This document shows, piece by piece, positions 39,969 through 52,600 of a DNA stretch of 64,000 bases; position 1 is the first letter of the stretch; each line of letters starts with the position of its first letter. Origin of the DNA: Lingula anatina (taxonomy: Eukaryota > Animalia > Brachiopoda); the NCBI GenBank assembly GCA_051362555.1, contig CM120640.1, positions 70,038,788 to 70,102,787 on the forward strand. The letters are read 5' to 3'. The translations under genes were made by a program, and so were the position numbers. Below the pieces are notes generated by a model. That model ran no database searches. It was not told the DNA's origin and worked only from the letters and a program-made list of their open reading frames with translations.

Positions 39969-40297
39969 GAATGCACCGCTGGCCAAAACCACAATGAAAC
40001 ATGCTCCAATAACAAAGCTTGTCTACGCGACGAGACTGCTTGTTGTTGTTCACTGTCACCTGAATCTTCCCATCATGCTTCGAGTGCAAGGAAGGCCTCA
40101 AGAAATAAAATCACGCATACCATACAACTTGAGGTTAGTGTCATTATCAATTGAAAATTCCAAGTATATATTCTTATTTGCCTTCCAATATTTTAGAAAG
40201 CGTAATGCCACTTTTTTACTCAAGAAATGAAAGACAAAGCAAGCCTGTCTTGACGTGTGTAGACGGATGCCATTTGATGCTGTGTTCAATAGATGAA

Positions 40298-43200
40298 ATG
40301 GCTGATCACGATTCTCTTGTCAGTGAATTTTCGGCAATCACAGGAGCAGATGCTGAGAGAGCTCAATTTTACTTAGAGGCTGCAGGATGGGATTTGCAGG
40401 TATCACATAAATGCCACAGTCATTTTAGAGCTTTTGGTGTATTAACAAATGAAAAGAAAATGGCATCATTTGTGGAAGGTTTAGAAAATAGAAATCAGTC
40501 GACGAAAAATTTATATAACAAAAGGATTAGCAGAAAGAGTAGAACATGTGGACAGATGTTACCGGGAATGAGTTACTCAACTCAGGTGGCTGGTTCAAAG
40601 TTTATTTTGACTTCCAAACTAATAAAATAGTATAAAACAAAATCCTAAAAGAAATATACAGAGATATTTAAAAATACAATCGAAAATAATATATTATACT
40701 GACAATTTTAACATGTTTTTTGTTAAATTAACATATCTATACATTTTAAGCCTTGTGAAGTTGTAATTAAAGTTTTTCAGTAAGCTATGGCATGCACCAT
40801 AAGTGACTTTTAAAATCTAATCTTCATGTTTTTGTTATTGGAAGCAGATCAGTGTCTTATTTTAAAAAAAATTAACATCTAATTTCCGATAGATCAGTGA
40901 TTATCAGTACAGTATTTTGCTATTACAGCTTGCCATGTCAAGTTTCTTTGAGAGTCATGATGATGGGGGTGATGATAGTGATGATGCAGGAGCAACAGCA
41001 GAAGTGGGAGCTCCTTCAGCACCAAGTAAACAGTATGCCTCTGGAAGGTATAATATGTTACAACATATCATATCTACATTGTAGAAATCTTTTCCAATAC
41101 ATTGCGCCTGCCCTATAATTGAAATTACTGATAAACCACATTTAAAATATAGATATTGTGATTATATCAATTTTTGTAAGATGTCACTCCACACAATTAT
41201 TGGCACCACCCAGTGAAATTTCACCAAAAAAATAGATGTCACAATTACATATGTTTATATATTTATGACAGACACAAAACCAGTTTCTGCTTGATACATG
41301 TATTACTCACATTGTTATTATTCTTTACATTTATAGTGGCAGTCAGTTTGCTACATTGTCAGATATAAACAAAGGTTTAAACCCAGCAGATAATGAGGGT
41401 CAGGCCTTTTATGCTGGTGGGGCAGATGAAGGAGGCAGGTAAGGGAACTGGTTGTTGAGATTTGGTGATTACTGTAACTAAATTGTCATACTATGCTGAA
41501 GCTCATGGATGATTAAAAGCTTGCTGTGGAATTTTTTTCTGATTTTGAGTAGTATTTTTTTCTTCAAATTTACTTTCCATTGTAATTTATTCCTTTTCAA
41601 TGTTAGTGGACAACAAATTCTTGGACCTCCCAAAAAGAAATCTTCTGAAATTGTGGAGGACTTGTTCAAATCTGCTAAAGAGTAAGTAGATCCTGGAGTA
41701 TAAGTATACAAATCCAATGTTAATTATGTATACATATGTTGTAATATATGAAAAAAAGAGTTTCCTTTTAATTGTTTAAATTTATTTTAAAGTTTTTTCT
41801 TATCATCAAAGATACTGACCTGAATCGGGCTGTCTTATGATTTCTAAGGTATCAGTGGATATGACAAAAATCCGTCATATTTAATACAGGTTAATTTCCC
41901 TAAGTTCAGGAATCAGAACTTGGTTGTAAATAGTAATCCTTAGTTAAATTTGAAGTTAATGTCCTACATGAAATATGTATTTTTTGTAGGCATGGTGCAG
42001 AAGAAATGGCAGCAGGATCTGCTGCTGCTGCACCAGCAGGAAAGACAGCAGCTTTTAGAGGGAGAGGGTACAAGTTAGGAGAGATGGAGAATGAACCAAC
42101 AAATGTTGTGGGAGAAGCACTGCAAGAGGAACCACAGGAGGTAAAGGGGGACTCATTGGGGGCTGTTTGTTATTAATATTTTAAACCTGTTGAATGTATG
42201 GCTGACACCTTTATCTGAGAAAAAAGTGTTTATTTTCATGTGTTTAGCAGAATGTAGATTACACTGGGTGTAACACGTGGATGCTTTGAAATGTTGCATA
42301 TAATAAGAAGACTTGTCATTTCAGATTCAGGTTGTATTGAAACTTTGGAAGAATGGTTTCAGTGTAGGAGATGGCCCTCTCAGAGATTATGGGGATCCTC
42401 AAAACAAAGAGTTTTTAAATTCTATTCACAGAGGGTGAGTTGAATTTTCTACACAATATTTTGCTGTATATAATAGTGACAAATATTTTCCTGCCAAAAA
42501 CAGTCTAGTAAATGTTAACAAGTATATTGTTTCTTTCATTACTTTTGTATAAGGAAACTAAGATTATGATGTTATACTTGCTAAAGCTTTATAATTTTTT
42601 TGTGACATATTGAGGCGAATCTTAACTGTGGCTTACAGACAAATGATCAGTAGTTTCCACTCAGGCAGGAAAGAGTCATGTTTGTTTTCTTTGTGAATTT
42701 TATGTGAAAGGAAATCTTTGCTTTATTTAAGTCAAGTGCCACTTGAGCTGATAAAGCTAGCTAAAGGAGGAGAAGTAGATCTGCAAATGGAGGACCACAG
42801 AGAAGAAGAATTTGTCGCACCAAAAGTGAAACTGAAAGCATTTTCTGGAGAAGGCCAGCGATTGGGAAGGTAAGGATAAATCACAATCAGTGAATAGCAG
42901 AACTTACAGTATAAAGCCCCCACATATTTCATCATTTTTATCTGAATCTTTTAGTCCAATTACAACCATCTAGATAACAGATTGACAGAAAAGTGGTAAT
43001 TTAGCTAAACGAAAAAAAATTGCTAGCGCTACGTCAATATTTCATTTAAAATTTTGCCCCAGCATGGCCTTATGTGATAACTGTAACATAACATATAATA
43101 TATTTACAGTGCTGCTCCAACTGTAGTCACACAGAGTTCTCCAGATGTCAACCAGCAGAATGAGGCAGCAGCAGTGAACTCAGTGGAGGTAGACAGCAGT

Positions 43201-43941
43201 CTGCCCACCACAGGCATACAGATCAGGCTGGCAGATGGAGGAAGGTGATGGAAACGGGGGCAATACAGAGTTAAAATAGTCATGATTTGAAGCAGTGCTT
43301 TATCACATATTTTTTATAGGTTTAGATGTTAATGTTTCAAACGAAATAAATAATAATAAATAGTATTCAATTTTAAAGTTTGTATGTGGTAATTATGTAT
43401 TGTGTTTTTTGTGAACCATCAATAAATGCTTCTGTTTATCATTTCAGACTACTAGCAAAATTTAATCATACCAACAAGATCAGTGATGTACGGAACTATA
43501 TTTTAAAGTATCCTTTCATTAAAACAAGTTCTACACTTATTTATCACAAGTTGAAGCCAACAGTAGAGATTCAAGTTATATTAACACACCATTTTTAGTT
43601 TGTATTTTTATGTGTACTACTACTCGTCTGGCATATTTGGCTAGCAGATTTATAGTTTTAGCCAAGTTGTGGTGTTAAACATATTCTTCTTTCCACTCAA
43701 TACACTGTTACAAAAATGCTGTCTGGGTTTAGTAATTCAAATACTCCCCACAATTTTTGATATTTTTTATGTTAAAGTCCATTTCGCTTTCCTTAACATT
43801 TGTCCCAGAGCACGTCCACAGATGGAGGGAACACAGTTTGTTCTCATGACAACATTTCCAAACAGAGAACTGACTGATGAAACTCAAACTTTAGCAGATG
43901 CCAAGTTACTAAATGCTGTAGTTGTGCAAAGAATGAAGTAA
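40298..43941 (+). CDS. NSFL1C: NSFL1 cofactor p47 (UBA-like, SEP, UBX domains), ~374 aa, 10 exons
   Basis: Exons (+): 40298-40399, 40929-41047, 41337-41438, 41607-41681, 41990-42140, 42325-42434, 42732-42869, 43110-43244, 43448-43507, 43809-43941 (1125 nt, in frame). Motifs [23 protein letters not shown]...[52 protein letters not shown]...LLNAVVVQR. Confidence 0.95.
43508..43808 (+). other. U12-type (minor spliceosome) GT-AG intron, last intron of NSFL1C
   Basis: 5' site GTATCCTTT (43508-43516); branch site TTTCCTTAAC (43788-43797) 11 nt upstream of CAG| at 43808; no polypyrimidine tract. Splicing restores [15 protein letters not shown], collinear with the UBX domain. Confidence 0.9.
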
Positions 43942-45359
43942 ATAAGACACTAAATGGTGCACAAATAACATAGCGTACAACTACTACTGCATATTGTAAC
44001 TGTAACAATGTGGACATGGAGGCAGTGTTATGACATTAAAGCTAGTGTGGGTTTATGTGTGGAATGCTGGCCATTTTGGACAGTTTGTAAGCAAAGAAAG
44101 GACAGCTTTTTTAAAAATTGGCATCCTTTTTTGGGCAGAATTTTTTGCAGGTGCTATGATAAGCACATCTGTTTAATGCATTCAAATGTATTAGTTGGTA
44201 ATATTTATTGACAAATTCTTTAAAATGGATTAAAAAAAAAAACACAAAAGGTATGTGTAAAGAAGATGCTGGTTATGAGGAAAAAGGGCAATTCCATTTT
44301 TTTTTTAATTTATCAAAGTAAAAATGATATGCAGAATCCACTGAAATCATTTATATTTACCCAAGGGTATTCAAAATATTTGCATTACATGTTGTATTCA
44401 GCAAAAGATTAAAATTCTCTGAAGTGAAATATTGACTTGGAATCTTGAACAAAAAAATGTCAAACCTAAAAGTCTAAAAGGAACTTTATTTGTAACTTTC
44501 ATTGTTAATACTCTTTCTAAACAAAATGTTCAATGCTTAAAAATTACATTATCCTTTCACAGACATGGAAACATCTTTGGTGTCAACAAGAACATGTAAG
44601 AATCATGTAATACAGTATAACATATAATTCTTTTTTTCTTCAATTTCCACTTAATTCAGACATCAATGCCTATTGTTTTTCTAACAAGGGTGACTTGTAC
44701 TCTTAACTACCATAAATTAATGGACATGAGAACCACCCTGCAAGAATCCTTAGTCCAAATAGCTCACAATAAAAATTCGAGTCCATTAAAGACCAAGTAT
44801 CTGAGCTTAATTACAATAACAGTTGGAGTATCTTCGAGGGCTGTTAACAAAAAATTCTTATCAAAACCAACTAAGCCTTTAATCTTTCATATTGAATCTA
44901 AAAAGTGTTAAATTTTTTCTTGTTTTTCTTTTCGGTTAAAACTTAACCCTAGAACCAAAATATTATTATCCCGTCGCCCAAGTTCTACCACAGTGGTGAC
45001 TATAGCTGATAAACCTAATGTGTAGAACATTCAGAACATTACCAATCATGCCACATCAGCACTGGCATACGGAATGCATGGCATATCTAAAACTAAGTAC
45101 AGGGACTCCATGGCACTTCAGCTTAGGTCAAATCCACAGTGCACAAATGTGGACCATTTAATGAGATAAAAGCAACCTTCACCTTAGCTAACCAAATACC
45201 TCTAGGAGGTCTCTGAGATTCCAGAAAAATTCTGGGTAAGTGGGTATGAGGAATGCATAGCACCTGATAAGCTAGATGAAAAGGCTGTAAGACCGAGGCA
45301 TATTTCAGCCTATCAGTAAAATTCTGCATACAAAGGAGGTCCGGCTGAACACGGCTGGG

Positions 45360-48300
45360 TCATTCTGGTCCAAATGTCATTTGTCCCACACCATGGTTCT
45401 TCATGAATCTTCTGTAGCTTTTGTACCTGGCACTCTCTGCCAGTTTGGCCTTGGCTTCTTCATCCTGGATTTTTTTCCACTCCTAAACAAAATGTAATAC
45501 TATGCAACTTCCAGTGCTGCTCTTGATAAAACAATGACATTATAATTTGTTGAACAGTTTCCTTCTTTATGTATTTGTCCCAATGGAATATCAATTCATT
45601 GAATCATTGAACCCTTTATATCAGTTAAAGATTGCTATGGATAAAATGAATATATCAAAATTATAATCACTTTAACACATACCAGAGCAAAGCTATAATA
45701 GAAATATTTCCATTATTCGCAAGACAATTTTGTGCACTTAAAATTATTACGTTTATGTGCCTTACTTGAAATTTCTCTAAAATCCACAGCTCTTTGTTCA
45801 AGAAGTCTTCTCTCTGATGGTCTTCAAGAGACTGAAAAACCAAATTAGAGTTATATTATCCAACTGGAAATCTTCATACCAACACATGTACAGGCTACCT
45901 GGATTGAAGAGAATGAAGTGAATTACAAAAAGACTGGGCCATTGAAAGAGTCAACATGGCTAAAGGTGATGACCAAAAACTTGAGTGTTAGACATACTTT
46001 CACTTTCAGCCATCTGACCAAAATATTATGTACAAGTCTTAAAATCTTAAAGCATAAATACTGACAGATCTTTATGTGGACCTCTTCCTAACAGAAACAA
46101 TATTTTATTAAAAAATATTAACAAAAACACAATTCCAGAAGGAAAAAAGGAAGGGAGGGGATAAAAGTTTGCACTATCATTTCATTTAACTAAGTTCTGG
46201 TAGTGTTTTATCTGATACCAAAGCAATTAATTTGTGTGACAGAAAGAAGTATTTAACCAGACAGTTGGTGGTCATTGTGAACATTAAACATTAAGCTTGC
46301 AGCTGCTGATTTTTTTCCTGTAATTACTGTTTGCCATCACTAACCTCCCATTGCACATTTGTAAGCCCACTGTATTTTTTCAAATATGATTTGATGAGAT
46401 ACAACTTCTCCTCTTCTCCATATTCTTCCTTTTTTATAGTGAACCTCCAGATCCACTTCCCCCACCAGAGTATATACATCAAAATATTGTAGGGAGACAA
46501 GATCAGTTGCACCCACAGGACACTGTAAGGGTCTGGTTTGCTGTAACCGCCCCTGAAATAACATCATTTTAGTTCACATTAATGGATATTCATGTCGGGT
46601 GTATCCTAATATCTTAATATATATATCTCAATTTGCAATGTCTGAATCATACAAAAAGAGTGAATATGTAATCTGCCGAAATATGTTGATAACCTGCAAT
46701 CTGTGACTAAAAATAAATTAAAACTTTATTAGGTCACCTGATATCCATTTTTTCTGTTAAAACCTTTTTCAAAACTGCTTCCTCTTCTTCTTTGATTTCT
46801 TCCTACAATGGTAAAATATGGTTTAAGGTATGTTTTTGTGTAGAGAATAATAAAGACACTATTTTCATTTCTTGAGGCACTCAAAAGCTTTGTGATTTAT
46901 GCACCTGTAGAACTTATTAAACCTACAATCTTAGATTTCCATCAAAAAAGTACAAGTATAATCACATAATTCACACCAATTAATCCAACAGCATTTTAGG
47001 CTTACTGCACTTAGCTTTTACAGCTTTTACCTTTGACTTTCCTCTCTGTTTTTTCTTGTCTGTCTGTAACAGTCCTTCAGTCTTTGCTATCTCCATAGCT
47101 CGCATTCTGTATTTTGGCTGTTGGATGAGATATCTTATGGCAGCGTTGTAGTTACTCATCTGGCCAAGGTACTGAAACATGCAATATTTCTGTCTGGTCA
47201 TTGACAAGTTTTTTTCATTTGTTAAATTTTCTTTTAAAATTTCCTTCAAGTTCAAAGAGGCATAGGCCACAGACCACCAGCTGGGTATGTTGCTCATCTC
47301 TATCTGTGGATCTATTTTTATAAAAAGAAGAATTTTGAAGAACAAACAGATATCAGCAATTTTAAAGATTCTTTTTTATGAATTATGTTTCACCTATAAA
47401 AACCACACCAACTGACTCTAAAATCTTGACACTTATAAAGACCCCAAATGTGTACAAATAAAATATGAAAATGTCCTGTCAGGAAAGTAGAACAGTAAGT
47501 TTACAAACACTACAGAGCTAGTATTATTTCTCAATTTGACCTTTAAAATGGATCAAGGGATAAAAATTGAATTATTCTCCATCACCTTCCATTTAACCTC
47601 AATATGCACTCCACAAATTTAATTTATGCTAACAGAGACATTCAGTCATAAAATTGGAATTTTTAAGGGCAACACATAGCAAACAGAATATCCAAATAAT
47701 TCACCATGATCTTGGTATCTCACACTTACCTGTACCACAGAGATGACAGTAAGTGTAACAGCAATGACAATTCTGACATCCACTTTTGGTGCATAGCGTC
47801 TGCGATAGTAGCGGTAATATACGGAATAGAACTCATCTAAAATATTGAGTAGATGATTTGATTAGAACAAGTATAAATGAAGTAAAAAAAAATGTGCACT
47901 AAATTGAACACTTTAAAGAGAGTGTGAATACAAGCTGTAGAGCAACACCTAAAAAAATCTTTATACATTTTGAGAGTGATGTTCCTTAAGTACCTGGATT
48001 ATCCAACATATGATCATAGTCCTTCCTTTGCTCTTCATCTGTCAAAATCTGAAATAAGTATTAATGTACAAGGTCAACTGATTAATGTTAAAAATAAACA
48101 AAATACTATATGATAAACAAGTAAAGATGCCTAAAATGAATAAGTATCAGCTCTCATTGGGACCAGATGTTAGGACTAACAATTAGTCTGGAACTATTTC
48201 ATTACCACAGTGATGTCATTCAGAACTTGAAACCTTTATCACTGTGAAGATAAATTAATGTTATATTATGAATCTTGCAAAAAGAAACTGATCAATTGCA

Positions 48301-49389
48301 AAAGGGTGCAACGTATATGTTAAAATCTATTTCATTTTCAACATCCAAGCCTTTGAAAAAGTCTGTAAAAACCTTACCTCATAAGCATTTGCAATTTTCT
48401 GAAATTGCAGTGTAGCCTTCTCCTTTGCTTTCTGAAATGAAGCCCATTAAACAATATTATCACATATTATGCCCTACAAAGAGATTTATGTATTCCACCA
48501 ATGCAAAAAGAAAAAAAATCTTTTAACTACCAGAGTAATGAAATTAAAAAGGTAGTGAAAAAAAAAAGTACTAATGACAAGATTACAAAACACTCTGATA
48601 TATCCAAAACTACAGGTTGATTATTGTTTGGTATAACACTAGTTAGGTGTTATACTAGTAATTTTTTTTCATCCTTTCTTTTTTTTTCTGAAAGAAGCAT
48701 AGGTTAATTTTCTAACCAACTTACATTTTTTTCATGTATTTTTCATTTATGATGTGTCCAAATGTTAATATTCAATAGTTCTGATTAATTTTGCGTAACT
48801 ATGACTACCCAAATGACTGATAAGTGATACTGTTGTGTTCATAGGTATAGTGAGTCATGGTAGTTGACAACCCAGGTACAGTAACTTACACTGCTTTTGT
48901 GCATGTCAGGGTGCCACTTCCTGGCCAGTCGCCTGTAAGCCTTACTGATGTCACCCTGAAAAAGAACATAACAGAAGTCAATACCTCTGTCATAAATATT
49001 GGAACTTAGCAGAAAACATGATCCACAACTGTTGATATATTTAAAAATCCAATTTAATATCAATTTAACAATGTGCCTGTTGTTATGAGAATAATCTATA
49101 CAACTACAACTTACTTTCGTTGCATCTCTGTCAACATCAAGAACTGAAAAGAAATAAAATTCTTGAATTAGTTTAATGTATAAGCGAATACACCATTGTT
49201 AATTACAGTGTGTGTATGTATAGTATGTGTGTGTGATGAAAGGGAGAGAAAGAGAGAGAGAGGGGAGGAGCAGGGGGTTTTACCATCATAGCAGTTCTCC
49301 AAACCGCAGTATAGTCCTTCTATGTACGCCAACGATGTCGAAATCGTTTGTAAGCCCCAAATGCACAGCAGAAGATATTTCACCTCCAT
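45360..49389 (-). CDS. DNAJC25: DnaJ homolog subfamily C member 25, ~339 aa, 11 exons
   Basis: Exons (-): 49389-49284, 49143-49115, 48955-48890, 48431-48378, 48048-47994, 47836-47730, 47171-47031, 46802-46738, 46552-46345, 45831-45766, 45482-45360 (1020 nt, in frame). Signal peptide, EGLYCGLENCYDVL, J-domain with HPD, YYRYYRRRYAPKVDVRIVI, C-terminal YKSYRRFMKNHGVGQMTF. Confidence 0.93.
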
Positions 49390-49623
49390 CCTTCTGCGCC
49401 ACGAACTGCTTCTTATTGTCGTCACCAAATAATGCCGGTGTACTTTACAGCAAGTCAAAACATAAGATATTTAGGCATGTAAATAGAAAAATAAAACACA
49501 TGTTTCGACTATGCTGAAATCATATTGTAATGTAGCCTCAATACACATCGTCACACCAAACTATTTTTCTATAACGACAGCCGTTTTACGTGACCCCTTT
49601 TTGTTTCCAAATATAGCACAAGC

Positions 49624-52600
49624 ATGGCCGGTGAGTACCGTACACAGGATGTAATTATTCTAAAAATGCATCCTTTGATACATGCATTATCCAGTAGTAC
49701 ACCTGCCTTAATCATAGAACTAGCTGAGCATCACAAGTATTCCTAGAATAGATATTAATGCACTGGGTGGTTCTCCGAATGTCCGTCTATGTTTGTCACA
49801 TCCAGTTGCAATCATGAAATCTCAGCCAAGATCAATCAGGGCTAGTGCAAGTGATGGTGGCATTAATACAGTTACACCGTAGTCTCAACTACCCTTAATT
49901 TTCAGTTATTTTATCATGTGCAAATGGGTAATGAATCATATTGTATTTTGAAAGAGAAAGAGGGTGATTTATTGGTAAAGAACCCAAGCCTTAGTATTTT
50001 AAAACTTGTTCCGCTTTGTAAGATGACAGCTAGGTAACCTGTTGCTGTTACATGATTTAGAATGAAAGAAAATATCTTGAGCAACTACTAGCTTTTTATT
50101 TCACATAGAAAATAATGCATTCAAGTCCCATCTATGATTATTATTATTTTAAGGTTCCTCGGGTTTGTTGAGATGTCCTCCATATTGTAAGAGTAGCTGT
50201 ACAGTGAGACATCATCCACTACTCCTGGCTGTTGTCAACTGTATAGACACAGAGGAAGACCAGGAAATGATGGAATCCTTGTTACAAGACTTGCAAGACT
50301 GTATCAATGACTACACAAAGGTAAATGTGGACTGGTTACAAAGTTGCCAACATGTCAGCACTCAGAATTTGTACATCTGTTGCCTTATTTCTTATCAACA
50401 ATAGCATAACATGAATGTCATGAATAATACAAAGTGAAAGAATATGTGTTAATGCGTAGAGTTGGCAACTCTGTTGTTAGATTAAAATGTCCCTTGGCTG
50501 GACCAGGCTTTATTTAAATGTTGTGCCTTGTTTCTGAATGTTCTAATAGTAACTTCCTGATTTTCAGTCATTAGAAATTACGATGTTTTAAAAGGAAGTT
50601 GAATTTTAGGATGGAAAATGGAAGAAAGAAGGTGTTATCCCTGATCCCAATGAAGCATATCAGTTTCCTATGATACACTGGGCATGTGCATTAGGTAGGA
50701 TATTTTTATTTTTTATTTTAAATATAATGATAATCTATGATCACTGAATGTTTCATTTATCCCTCAAACTCATCCCTGCCTGGGAAAGAACAAAAATTAC
50801 AGTGTTATCTTAGGTAGGTCTCTTTACATTTAGGGGTTGATTAACTAGACCAATCCACTTAGAGAAATTGACAATTTATAACCTGGCTATCACATAAAAG
50901 GAGGCTTTGTGCTGGACATGGCTGTTAGATTAACTTAACATTAAGGAGCAGGAAGTTATCTTGTGTAGCAATTGTGAAAGGTAGTAAAACTTCCTGTCCT
51001 GGAGCATTTCTACATGTCAGGACCCCTCAGAGTGTACTGTGAAGTTTACATCTTGATGTGTCTTAGGCAGTGTTCACAACCAAAGTTGAGCCGCAGACTA
51101 ACAGATCCTTGTGTCAAATATGGCCGACCCACTTGAAAGCTTATTGCATAATCCTTGTGGGTAATCTAGTCAGTGTCCATTAGGGGATTATATTACAAGC
51201 TATCAAGTGGGTCAGCCATGTTTGATCTGCAGATCTGTTAGTCCACGGATCATCTTGTTCTGAATGCCCCCTTATGATTATAGTTGGAGTATTAGGCCGC
51301 ATTCACATCGAGTTGACCCATGGTTCTACAAAGCCACGACCTGGCAGATGTACATGAAAGGAAAACCGCCTAAACTTTTAATAGTCTCTCCGCCTCTCAC
51401 ACGCCTCCCCATGTGTCGTCGCAATGGAGCTGAGATTTAATGAATGTACCCCCGCAGGGACGACGCATGGGGAGGCGTGTGAGAGGTGGAGAGACTATTA
51501 AAAGATTAGGCGGTTTTCCTTTCATGTACATCCGCCATATTTAGGTCGTGGCTTTGTAGAGCCATGGTTCAACTCGATGTGAATGAGGCCTTAGTTCGTT
51601 AAACAATGCACATATTTCAGGAAGGGTGTTTGCCGTTCTTTGGTTAATAGAAGAGGATTTCAAGCCAACACAGCAAACCACTGAAGGTGATACGGGACTG
51701 CACAGGGCCATCTACTGCCTGCAGGAGACGTGTCCTAAAGAGGCTCTGCAGAAGTTTCAGAAACTGGTCCCACCTATGGAGAGTGCTTTACTGGTGAAGA
51801 ATCTCTCTGGTTGCACCCCTGTCCACACCTGCTGTCAGTTGCTGCACAAAGAAGTGCCTAAAGTGGAGTTTCATTATGAATGTCTGGTAGCCATGGTGGG
51901 ACATGGAAAGAGAAAGGGCGATGGTAGGACAGATACAATGTTCCCTTCATTTTTTCTTATCTTGCTGATGAGCACCCAGTGCCACCCACTGTCACTGTCA
52001 TCCAGAGACACACAGGCCCACATGCACAGACTTAGGGGCCATTCAGAATAGATGATCCAAGTGCTAACTGATCTGCTGACTTGAACGGAACCCTGTTCAA
52101 ATGCGATACTGCTAATTCCCGATGGTTTCCCCACCTCCACATGCGTCATTAAATGGATTAAATCTCAGCTCTGAGGTTTAATTGCTAGGCTCTTGCAGCG
52201 ACGGCACTTGTCAGTTAGTATGGATCATCTTTTCTGAATGACCCTTTGTGTACACTTTTAGATTGAAGGAGTTAACTGGCTTTGCCACATTGTTACAAAT
52301 GGTATGGTTTGCCAGTACAGATTGTTGCTATACTTGGGGAACCTTGTAACATTGGATTTACGTATAGCTAATTATTTCATATGGCCTGAAGTGTTGTACA
52401 ACACATAAATGTATTAATACCTAAGACACAAAAATTATGACACAGTCCAACACAGTATCATACCACAAACTTTGTGTGTGTGAATATATATATATATATA
52501 AAGATGCATATGCGTGCATACACAAACATACTCATGACCAAACACACACACACGTGTGTTTCCTGTGATATGTTTCCCATATTATTCCAGATTTTTTGAA

